From Verrucomicrobiota bacterium (GTDB lineage: Bacteria > Verrucomicrobiota > Verrucomicrobiia > Opitutales > Seribacteraceae), in the NCBI GenBank assembly GCA_027622665.1, contig JAQBYT010000028.1, positions 1-54,410 of the forward strand: a stretch of DNA of 54,410 nt, given 5' to 3'. Both the position numbers and the translations under genes were made by a program. The notes beneath the pieces were generated by a model. It was not told the origin of the DNA and did not search any database. It saw only the letters and a program-made list of their open reading frames with translations. This document shows positions 28,413 through 37,043 of this stretch, piece after piece; position 1 is the first letter of the stretch; every line of letters starts with the position of its first letter.

Positions 28413-29149
28413 CGATGGCATCCGCTGCAACTGACAGGAGGATGTATGCCCCACTTCTCCTTGAGATTTAACCCTGCGTGGGCTTGAATCGCGACGGGGT
28501 CTTCACTATCAGTGAGAGTGGGCAACCACGAAAGGTCAGTGACTTTGTCCAAGGGGCGAAGGGCATCTTCTGGGTTGCGATGGCAATCCAAGCAAAATGC
28601 CATGCTCAAATGCTTGGCGTGAGAAACTTCTTTCATCTGGTCGATCCTGCCGTGGCATGCTACGCAACTTACGCCACGATTTACATGTATGGCGTGATTG
28701 AAGTAAGCATAGTCTGGCACTTTATGAATACGAGTCCAAGGTACTGCAGGACCTTGGCTAAGTATGCCGTCGTTATTTGCGTCTTCTCCTTTGTTTAAGA
28801 TACCGTCCTTGTTTTTGTCTTCCCCGTAATAACTCGCTCGAATTGGCCCTAAGGCAGGTGAGTCAGCCTTGATCGTCTTGTGGCAACTCATGCAAATATT
28901 GGCTGCGGGAACACCTGCATGGGCAGACTTGTCGACGCCATGATGGCAATATCGACAATCCAGTCCCAGTTCGCCTACGTGGAAACTGTGATCGTATGAT
29001 ACGGGCTGGGTGGGTTGATAGCCAACCCGCGTATACTTTGGAGTGGCGTAATAATTTATGCCCGCAGATACGCCGACTCCAATTAGCCCTAAGCCGACAA
29101 TGACCTTTAAAGGTATTGTATTAGTCCAGCGAGGAAAGATGTTGCTCAT
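28409..29149 (-). CDS. actA: Alternative complex III pentaheme cytochrome ActA
   Basis: N-terminal TM, QPVSYDH..H, five CxxCH (CRYCH, CMSCH, CVACH, CLDCH, CSGCH), PDYAYFNH..H. Confidence 0.95.
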   Translation of the reverse strand: MSNIFPRWTNTIPLKVIVGLGLIGVGVSAGINYYATPKYTRVGYQPTQPVSYDHSFHVGELGLDCRYCHHGVDKSAHAGVPAANICMSCHKTIKADSPALGPIRASYYGEDKNKDGILNKGEDANNDGILSQGPAVPWTRIHKVPDYAYFNHAIHVNRGVSCVACHGRIDQMKEVSHAKHLSMAFCLDCHRNPEDALRPLDKVTDLSWLPTLTDSEDPVAIQAHAGLNLKEKWGIHPPVSCSGCHR

Positions 29150-29654
29150 GTCGCCTTAGGCCAAATAAGTCCTCGTATTCAAATATTACTCCGCGCGAAA
29201 ATCGGTGCGAATAATAAATGAAGAGTTCCAACTTGCAGGAATAAACCTGCTAGGAACAACACGAGCCGTGACGGTTATGTTCGGCGTAGCAAGCAAGCGA
29301 TGGGTAAGCATCGGGCGAAGCACAGCGGCGTTTTGGCAGGAACATTAAAAGTTAGGTCAATTAAAAAATAGTCGACAGGCAAATGATGGGACATCTGAAA
29401 ACAACCTTTTATAGGCAACGGTGTTATTTCTTACAATATCATTTCCCTCTCGGTCAAACTATAAATAAAGCTTAATTGTTACTATAAACTAAGGTTAATC
29501 CCCCAGCCTCTTGATGGTTAGTTGCCGGATGAGTGTTGCTTTGAGGGAATAGCCATTGATTGTTGCATATTTAAATTGACTGGGAGAAGTTTATTTCCCT
29601 TTTTTCTTTCCCCCAAAGATAATTACCATTTGCTCTTGGGATTCTTTTCTTAAG

Positions 29655-31883
29655 ATGAAATATCATTCCCAAAGATGCGACGTTGTTGTAGTGGGAGCAG
29701 GTTTGGCTGGAATCTGCGCAGCCGTTACTGCAGCGCGAACCGGAGCTCTCGTCTCGTTGGTTGAGGCTCGCTCGAGTCTTGGTGGTCGAATTGGCCGGGA
29801 AGTTCGCTTCCCGCTGGAGGATGGTTCGGTTCCAAACTTCGCCTATTTTCGGGAAACGGGCTTATTGGATGAAATTTTACTCATGGACTTGGCTTCTAAT
29901 TTGGATGGGACATACGAAGGTCGAGATCGAGTATTGAACGATTTCGTTCGTTCTCAAGAGCGATTACTTTATTTCAATGATCTACCTGTAATCGAAGCTG
30001 AGTTGAACGAGCGAAAGGATAAAATTCTTTCCGTTACCGGCATAGATGTATTAGGTCGTTCTCGTCGACGTTTCATGGCGCCAGTTTACATCGACAGTAC
30101 AGGCAACGGTTCGCTCGCCATACTTGCGGGAGCTCCTGGCGAATACGGTACTGAGCGTGAGGAATATACAAAGTTGTCCCCTTTGTTTGGCTCTGGGGTA
30201 ACGGCACCCGAAAGTCGTTTTGCCATTACAATGGAAATACGATCGGCAGAAAAGCCTATCCCTTTTGCCGCGCCTTCATGGGTTCGATTGCGTTGGGAAG
30301 ACAATGAACCGGCTGCCCAATTACCCTTTTCCGAGTCTTTCCTGTTTGCCCCGCAAGGGCTACATCTTGCGGAGTGGGCGGCAAAGCACAGGGGGGGATC
30401 TCCTCCCGAGGCTTCCGAAATTGCCTATGCCGCTTGGGATTATATCAAGAATCGTTCTCCATTCCTTCATCTTGCGGAAAAACTCTTGTTGTCATGGTAT
30501 TCATTGACCGTTTTACGCTCAGATGGCTTCCGGATAAAAGGTGAAGAATCACTAACCCCGGAGGAAATGGAAGCCAGTCGTCCAAGGGGAGATCATGTGG
30601 CCATGGCACGTGCGCCTCTTGATGGACCTGCTGCTCTACTTTCATCGCCTCTTGGGCGAATAGCCCTGCCGGGACAATATGGAATACCTCTATCTTGTCT
30701 TTATTCCAAAAAGGTTCGTAACTTGATGGTCGCCGGCGAGCACGCATCTGTCACACACAGGGTTTCGGCATGCCTTCGCCATCCGCCTGCTTCAGCTCAA
30801 CTCGGGGAGGCGGTTGGTTTAGTGGCCGCCAGAGCCGCCTTGGATCGCCGTCAGCCAAGAACCTTGGCCAAACCCAACTATGTCGAAGGCATTAGGCGGG
30901 ATTTGGCGCGATTGAATCACTCGTGCGGTCCGGATCCTGTTGAGGACATTGACGATCTTGGCCGAGTTGCAAAAATCATCGCTTCTACTACCCTTCCCTG
31001 TTGCTCTCTGGAGTATCCCGTGCTGCCTGTGACTGCTTCTCCGGATAATAGATTGCTTCAATTTCCTGTGATTACCGACTCGATCGAGGGGATTGATCTC
31101 TATATTGAGGTTCGAGAAGATTGCAGGCTAAAGGTGCGTTTGCTAGAGGGAGCGAGCAACGGTTCGACCATCCCCGGTGATTGCCTGGACACTGCATCAG
31201 TCGATTTATCAAAAAGCTCCGGTCAATGGGTTGAGTTGCCACTGCAATCTAAAATAAAATCAGCAGGTTGGCATTTTCTTGAAATAGAGGGAAATATGCA
31301 TGTGATTCCCTTTCTTCAGGACAACGCGCCCGTCGGAGTTCTCAGGCATTCGCCAATTCCTGATAATAAGGCCACTTTGAGGAATCCTTATTCAAGCTAT
31401 TGTCCGGTTCTTCCGGCACTACCAGGGCCCGGTTCGGGTTACTGCTTTCGCCTCTCTCCGAAGCAACCCGTCTATGGTGTTGAAAACATTGCCGATGGGC
31501 ATTCTAGGCCGGGTAGAATGCCGCATATTTGGATTTCGGAACCTACCGACTTCAAGTTTCCCGAATTTCTTGAGTTGCATTGGGAGAAACCCCAAACAAT
31601 TTCTAGAGTCGATCTCGTTTTCGATGCTTGCCTGGAATATGCATTCCCCCCCCATCCCTCGGTTTTGCCACGGATGACTATCCCGACCATCCCTCGTTCT
31701 TATAGAATCTATAGATTAGGCGAGAGTGGTCATTGGCGTGAACTGCTTGCGGTAGAGGACAACTTGCTTGGGTTCCGTTCTCACCAGTTCGACCCCATAG
31801 AAACCAAGGCAATTGAAATAGAAATTCTGTCCACTCACGGTCATCATCGAGCCCAAATTTATCAAACTCGCATTTATCCTTAA
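29655..31883 (+). CDS. FAD-dependent oxidoreductase family protein (PF12831-like) with C-terminal beta-sandwich domains
   Basis: DVVVVGAGLAGICAA, LGG, IDSTGNG..A..AGA, YGIPL.CLYS...NLMVAG; discoidin-like tail (WIS...LEL.W...SRVDL.FD). Confidence 0.75.
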   Translation: MKYHSQRCDVVVVGAGLAGICAAVTAARTGALVSLVEARSSLGGRIGREVRFPLEDGSVPNFAYFRETGLLDEILLMDLASNLDGTYEGRDRVLNDFVRSQERLLYFNDLPVIEAELNERKDKILSVTGIDVLGRSRRRFMAPVYIDSTGNGSLAILAGAPGEYGTEREEYTKLSPLFGSGVTAPESRFAITMEIRSAEKPIPFAAPSWVRLRWEDNEPAAQLPFSESFLFAPQGLHLAEWAAKHRGGSPPEASEIAYAAWDYIKNRSPFLHLAEKLLLSWYSLTVLRSDGFRIKGEESLTPEEMEASRPRGDHVAMARAPLDGPAALLSSPLGRIALPGQYGIPLSCLYSKKVRNLMVAGEHASVTHRVSACLRHPPASAQLGEAVGLVAARAALDRRQPRTLAKPNYVEGIRRDLARLNHSCGPDPVEDIDDLGRVAKIIASTTLPCCSLEYPVLPVTASPDNRLLQFPVITDSIEGIDLYIEVREDCRLKVRLLEGASNGSTIPGDCLDTASVDLSKSSGQWVELPLQSKIKSAGWHFLEIEGNMHVIPFLQDNAPVGVLRHSPIPDNKATLRNPYSSYCPVLPALPGPGSGYCFRLSPKQPVYGVENIADGHSRPGRMPHIWISEPTDFKFPEFLELHWEKPQTISRVDLVFDACLEYAFPPHPSVLPRMTIPTIPRSYRIYRLGESGHWRELLAVEDNLLGFRSHQFDPIETKAIEIEILSTHGHHRAQIYQTRIYP

Positions 31884-32029
31884 ATTAACGAGAGTTTTCT
31901 AGTCGGTGCGTTCAAGTAGGATGGGCAAATGTTCTAAAGTAGATGTCGACCCATTATCTTTAGAAATAGAATGAGTTTGCAATTTTTCCAGTTGAAACTC
32001 TAGGTTATGTATAACAACCCTAATTGCCT

Positions 32030-33409
32030 ATGAATGCTGTCGCAGTTGTATTACGTCTTTTTAGTTTATTTGGTCTCGTAGGCCTCGCCCTTTTTTTATG
32101 GCTTGAGCACGAAAGCTACATCGCTCAAGACGAAGCTTTCCTCGAGGAACAAGTGGAGAATGGTTACGAGGTCTTGCAGTCCGGCAAGGAAACGAAGTGG
32201 AAAAAAGTTAAAGACAAGAAACAGTCGTTCATGGATGTGTTCGACGCAAACGAACCGGTTACCAGCGTAAACGACCTGAATCCATTGACAGAGGCAGCCA
32301 ATGAGCTAAAGGATGCTGAGGATGACGTATTGAAAGAGAAGGCATACACCTCGATGCTCGATGCAGTGACCAGAGAGTTTGGGCAAGGGTCCTTCATCTG
32401 GAATAGTAAGACCAAGTCATGGGATGTCACCGACCCCAAGAAAAGCGCTATTTTGAAGGCCGAGCCCGAGTCCATCGGCAATCTTCAGAATAATTTCGCC
32501 GATATCGATTTGTACAAAGAGAATCAAACGGATGAGAAAGGGAACTTCATCCCCGGCGTCTCCCACCACAACAGACTTCGCACGTTGCTTGGGAAATTCT
32601 ACAAAGCTCGAAAGGATACACTGTCCGAGCTTCACAGTTCACGGCAAATGACCGCAGACCGCGATCGTGCCCTACGTGAATCTCAGCGGTTTTATGACAA
32701 CATGAAGGAAGAGAAAGAAAAGTGGGAAGCTTCCTCAAGAGATTTCGAACTTAAATTCCAGAGTTCACAAGCTGATCTCGCGAATGTGAAGGAAGAACGC
32801 CAACAAGAAAAAGAGGCTTTTGAGACCGAAGTTAAGGGCTTGAAGGATCTGACCGCTCAACTGGAAAAGGAAAAACAGGATTTATATCAGCAAAGACTTG
32901 CCCAAATTGATGAACTGAAAGCACAGCACGGTGCCAAACTGAATGAACTTACCCGTGAAATCCAGATTGCCGAAAAACGCGGCTACCAGACTGGCATCGA
33001 CTACATGATGAAGCAGCAGACAGGCTCAAATGTCGCCGCAGATGCAAACAAAACCGATAATGTCTTTGCTGGAATAGGAGAAGGCATTAATGCCCCCCCT
33101 CCCCCTCGAGGTCCCACGGGTTCGGTCACGACACTTGAGGAAGTCAGTAAATACGGTCTTGCTACCAGCATAGCGCGTATTGATAAGAGTACGGGAATGC
33201 TTATGCTGCCTGTCGGTTTGGAAAAAGGAATTGGCCGGGGAGGGATTTGGACAATCTACAAGGCACAGGAAGCTATGGCTCGAATAAAAGTTCAAAGTGC
33301 TGACCAGAATTATTCCTTGGCATATATACTTCCAAAATTTGGAAATCCTTCACGTCTTCGTCCTGGCGATGTGATACAAGTTGTCCCGCATACCGGCAAA
33401 ACCTTATAA
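32030..33409 (+). CDS. Hypothetical membrane-anchored coiled-coil protein with C-terminal beta domain
   Basis: N-terminal TM, long E/K/Q-rich heptad region, PPPP linker, beta-rich end ...LRPGDVI. Confidence 0.8.
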   Translation: MNAVAVVLRLFSLFGLVGLALFLWLEHESYIAQDEAFLEEQVENGYEVLQSGKETKWKKVKDKKQSFMDVFDANEPVTSVNDLNPLTEAANELKDAEDDVLKEKAYTSMLDAVTREFGQGSFIWNSKTKSWDVTDPKKSAILKAEPESIGNLQNNFADIDLYKENQTDEKGNFIPGVSHHNRLRTLLGKFYKARKDTLSELHSSRQMTADRDRALRESQRFYDNMKEEKEKWEASSRDFELKFQSSQADLANVKEERQQEKEAFETEVKGLKDLTAQLEKEKQDLYQQRLAQIDELKAQHGAKLNELTREIQIAEKRGYQTGIDYMMKQQTGSNVAADANKTDNVFAGIGEGINAPPPPRGPTGSVTTLEEVSKYGLATSIARIDKSTGMLMLPVGLEKGIGRGGIWTIYKAQEAMARIKVQSADQNYSLAYILPKFGNPSRLRPGDVIQVVPHTGKTL

Positions 33410-33436
33410 TAATTTCTTGCTGGAAATTATCAGACA

Positions 33437-33601
33437 ATGAGAAAAAAAATTACGACTTTATTTGTTCTGTCAGGTGTGATTCTTGCCGCCACCGGTTGCT
33501 TTACGGCTACTCCGGACCAGTCTAGGCTGCCTCAGTCCCGCCCCGCCAATTGGGAATATAGTCTTCCAGGTGGTTTCGATAAAGGCGGATTTCGTCGCTA
33601 A
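33437..33601 (+). CDS. Small lipoprotein, 54 aa (below the ORF-track cutoff)
   Basis: MRKKITTLFVLSGVILAATGCFTATPDQSRLPQSRPANWEYSLPGGFDKGGFRR*: basic N-terminus, hydrophobic core, lipobox-like ATG-C; fills the intergenic gap. Confidence 0.8.
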   Translation: MRKKITTLFVLSGVILAATGCFTATPDQSRLPQSRPANWEYSLPGGFDKGGFRR

Positions 33602-33625
33602 GTCAACAAGCGCGCATTCTCCCTT

Positions 33626-34336
33626 GTGAATACCGAGGGTAAGGGTTTAGGCACTGGATTACTTTATCTAATTGCCACACCAATCGGCAATCTTAGCGAT
33701 CTTTCGCTTCGAGCAAAAGACACTCTGGCGTTATGTGACTTGATCGCGTGCGAGGATACCCGCGTGACAGCGAAACTGCTCGCTCATATTGGAGTCAAAG
33801 TTCCGATGACTTCCTACAGGGAGGAAAACGAACGTCGGAAAGCTCCCGAGTTAGCGGATCGTATCGAGTGTGGTGAAAAGATAGGTCTCGTGTCTGATGC
33901 TGGTTTCCCGGCAATTTCAGATCCTGGATTTCGTTTGGTGAGGGAGTGTCGCCGCCGCAAGTTCCCGGTTGTTCCCATCCCCGGTCCGAATGCGGCGATA
34001 ACCGCGCTTGCAGTATCCGGGTTGCCGACCGATAAGTTCCTTTATCTTGGTTTTCTTCCCAATAAAAGTGCCGGACGTTGCAAGGTTTTCGAGCAGTGGA
34101 AATGTTTCCCCGGGTCTCTTCTTATCTACGAATCCAAGTACAGAGTGGCAAAAACATTGGCCGATATGGAAAATGTTTTTGGACCGGACCGAAACATGTG
34201 TATTGCCAGGGAAATTACGAAAATTCATGAGACTTTTGTTATAGGAAAAATCTCAGACCTGAAGACTTCTTTTGCCGAGAAGAGCGGCAAAGGCGAATTC
34301 GTCTTGGTGGTAGGACCCGAAGGTTATGTCCTTTAA
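33626..34336 (+). CDS. rsmI: 16S rRNA (cytidine1402-2'-O)-methyltransferase
   Basis: LYLIATPIGNL.D, ACEDTR, LVSDAG.P.ISDPG, YES..R, REITK.HE, KGEFV. Confidence 0.95.
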   Translation: MNTEGKGLGTGLLYLIATPIGNLSDLSLRAKDTLALCDLIACEDTRVTAKLLAHIGVKVPMTSYREENERRKAPELADRIECGEKIGLVSDAGFPAISDPGFRLVRECRRRKFPVVPIPGPNAAITALAVSGLPTDKFLYLGFLPNKSAGRCKVFEQWKCFPGSLLIYESKYRVAKTLADMENVFGPDRNMCIAREITKIHETFVIGKISDLKTSFAEKSGKGEFVLVVGPEGYVL

Positions 34337-34377
34337 CCGACCGTTTGTAGCCTGCCGACAGTCTCTCCTATGACCAG

Positions 34378-35340
34378 ATGAAACGAGAAAGGTCGGCTGA
34401 ATCAGGAAAGCCAGTTGCTGTTGTTGACGTAGGGAGCAACACAATAAAGTTGCTGGTAGCTGAGTTGTCTTCGCTAGGCGATTTAAAAGTGCTGTACGAA
34501 AGGAGCGATTCCACTCGTATTGAGACTCAATATTCGACTGGCGGACATATTCTGACAGCGAACGGCATGGATGCCGGGCTGAAAGCAATAGAGAGATTAA
34601 TTCAAGAATCGCTCCCATGCGAACCTGTTCATTTACGAATCGTGGCGACAGGTCTCGTTCGTGACTCCGTTAACGGTAAGCTTTTTGCAGAAAAAGTTCT
34701 CGAGGTTACCGGTTATGAATTGGATATTATTTCAGGCGAGGAAGAAGCGACCGGCATTGCCTTGGGAGTTGGCACAGACAGTTCGTGGTCCAATCAGCCG
34801 AACTATCTTGTTTGTGATCTTTGGGGTGGGAGTTTGGAGCTCATTCGCGTCGAGAACCGAACCGTTCAAGCCACTGTTAGTCTTCCACTTGGTGCCGTAC
34901 GTCTGGCCAAACGATTCGTGAGTAATGCGGGTGCGGTTTCCGTTCTGTCTGAGATGGACGTTATTTCTGCTCACGTGCATCAAACTCTTACTTCCAGTGG
35001 TTTCCCATTTCCTCCTTCCCCGTTTTTCATGGTTGCGACCGGGGGTGCATTCGCAACCGCTAGAGCTGTTTTTGCCGAAGCTAAAAATATTTCTTTTGAT
35101 GAATGCGTAATTCTCTCTTCTTCAGACTTGTCCGACTTTTTAACCGAATCCGCATCGTTGACAATTGATCAGCGCGTTGAACGATTTCCTCAGATCCCCA
35201 TAGAGCGAGCGGATATTATGCCCACCGCCCTGCTCGTGATGCTAACTCTGCTTGAATATGCTAACGCTTCCGAGGTTCACCACTCTTTAAGAAATCTTCG
35301 CTTTGGGTTAGCTGCAAAATTACTTGATTGCGCCAACTAG
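34378..35340 (+). CDS. Ppx/GppA family exopolyphosphatase (short form)
   Basis: VDVGSNTIK, ISGEEEA, DLWGGSLE, SLPLGAVRL, TGG, RADI, LR.G. Confidence 0.85.
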   Translation: MKRERSAESGKPVAVVDVGSNTIKLLVAELSSLGDLKVLYERSDSTRIETQYSTGGHILTANGMDAGLKAIERLIQESLPCEPVHLRIVATGLVRDSVNGKLFAEKVLEVTGYELDIISGEEEATGIALGVGTDSSWSNQPNYLVCDLWGGSLELIRVENRTVQATVSLPLGAVRLAKRFVSNAGAVSVLSEMDVISAHVHQTLTSSGFPFPPSPFFMVATGGAFATARAVFAEAKNISFDECVILSSSDLSDFLTESASLTIDQRVERFPQIPIERADIMPTALLVMLTLLEYANASEVHHSLRNLRFGLAAKLLDCAN

Positions 35341-35363
35341 GTCGGTATCAATAAAAAGAGAGA

Positions 35364-36167
35364 TTAGTCTTCGAAGAGAGCCTTCATGCGTTCCAGTCCG
35401 GTTGTTATTACCGCTAAGGGATCTGCGGACCAGAGTTCCGCATTGAAGAGTTCGAGACTGACCGTGTGATCATAACCCATTTCACGAAGTACGGCAATTT
35501 CGGCCGCAAGGTCAATTTGACCTTCGCCAATCATCACCCGGTCAGGATCGGTTTGAGATTTTGCGGGTTTATCGGGATGAGCGTCGTCCAAGTGATAATG
35601 ACTAATTCGATCCGCGGGGATCGCTCTTAATTCATCGAGGGTGGACTCGCTGTTCCAGTTGTGGAAGGCATCGAGAATGAGCGTCGCGTCACGATCATCC
35701 GCTTGCTGCACGATTTCCCATGCCTTGCTGAGAGTGCGTACTGACTTAAAAAAACTGATGTACTCAAATGTAGGTCTAATGCCTTCTTCTCGACCGAGTT
35801 CCAGTAATTCGCGATATCGTTCCGGGAGGTGTTCAGTCTCGGTCGACTCCATTGGCGGAGTCGCCACGATAAAAGGAGCGCCAAGTCTAGCCCCAAGTGC
35901 AAATCTGCGTCTTGCTTCGTCCAAAACCAGTTGATGCTCCCATCCCCGGAAGTCCCCCCATTGCCGCATCGCAATAACGGAAGGAACAATTAGTCCGTGA
36001 TCCGAGATAGCTTTCTCCACATCGGAAACCTCTCCTCCGCGGGCTACATGTTCAAAAACATCGTTCAACCAGAGTTCTATGCCGTCATATCCTGCTTCGC
36101 CTGCGAGCCTGATTTTGTCGATCAAGGACTGCGGCTTGATCGTGCTTGTGTTGAGACAATAAAGCAT
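35364..36167 (-). CDS. Sugar phosphate isomerase/epimerase (xylose isomerase-like TIM barrel)
   Basis: AGYDGIELW, metal ligands FE, D.FH, H..D, R...G.G, SLELF. Confidence 0.85.
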   Translation of the reverse strand: MLYCLNTSTIKPQSLIDKIRLAGEAGYDGIELWLNDVFEHVARGGEVSDVEKAISDHGLIVPSVIAMRQWGDFRGWEHQLVLDEARRRFALGARLGAPFIVATPPMESTETEHLPERYRELLELGREEGIRPTFEYISFFKSVRTLSKAWEIVQQADDRDATLILDAFHNWNSESTLDELRAIPADRISHYHLDDAHPDKPAKSQTDPDRVMIGEGQIDLAAEIAVLREMGYDHTVSLELFNAELWSADPLAVITTGLERMKALFED

Positions 36168-36232
36168 GGCGGCGGCGAAAGGATTTCGTCGTATTCAGGG
36201 AGCGAGCATTGCTCTAACGGGAGATGGTACGC

Positions 36233-37003
36233 CTACGCTTCCAAATCTAGAGCGGCTTGTACGATTTCGCAAAAGGACTTGGGCGTAAGCGAAGCTCCCC
36301 CAATCAGCCCTCCATCCACATCAGGCTGATCTAACAATCCGGATGCGTTTTCAGCGTTCATGGAACCACCGTAAAGGATGCGGATAGTTTCCGCTGCGCT
36401 TTCGCCAAAAAGCTCAGCGAGGATTTTGCGGATAAAGGAATGAACCTCTTGGGCCATTTCGTCAGTGGCGGTCTTGCCTGTGCCAATCGCCCACACCGGT
36501 TCGTAGGCAATCACTAGATTCTCCACTTCTGAATCGGAGAAATTTTCAAGACCTTCCCGAATTTGGGTTCGGACAACGTCCAAAGTTTCGTTTCTCTCTC
36601 GTTGGTCAAGTGTTTCCCCTATGCAGTAGATGGGTTTTAAGTTCCCCGCAACAGTCGACAGGATCTTCTTGTTTACCGACTTGTTTGTTTCACTGAAATA
36701 CTGACGACGTTCGCTATGGCCTAAAATGACATAAGTTACATAAAGGTCTCTAAGCATTTCGGCGGAAACCTCACCCGTGTATGCACCTGATGCTTCCTGA
36801 TGCATATTCTGGGCTCCTAGAGCAATATGGGAACCGTCCAGCTCTTCCGAGACCTTCCCCATTGAGGTGAAAGGCGGACAAACGGCGACTTGTACAGTGC
36901 TTTGTGAACCAACGCTAGCGTGCACTTGCTGAACGAGTGCGGCGGCCTCTGAAGCCGTCTTGTTCATTTTCCAGTTTCCGGCGATAAGATACTTTCTAGA
37001 CAT
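36233..37003 (-). CDS. tpiA: Triosephosphate isomerase
   Basis: AGNWKMN, GHSERR, AYEPVWAIGTG, YGGS, GGASL. Confidence 0.99.
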   Translation of the reverse strand: MSRKYLIAGNWKMNKTASEAAALVQQVHASVGSQSTVQVAVCPPFTSMGKVSEELDGSHIALGAQNMHQEASGAYTGEVSAEMLRDLYVTYVILGHSERRQYFSETNKSVNKKILSTVAGNLKPIYCIGETLDQRERNETLDVVRTQIREGLENFSDSEVENLVIAYEPVWAIGTGKTATDEMAQEVHSFIRKILAELFGESAAETIRILYGGSMNAENASGLLDQPDVDGGLIGGASLTPKSFCEIVQAALDLEA

Positions 37004-37043
37004 TTCGATTTAGGATGTTGGGAAGATTCTTACTAGACTTGAT

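Noticed and set aside
29150..29654. FNR/CRP or Rex box upstream of the respiratory operon
   Set aside because: TTGAT half-sites occur but I found no matching palindromic partner.
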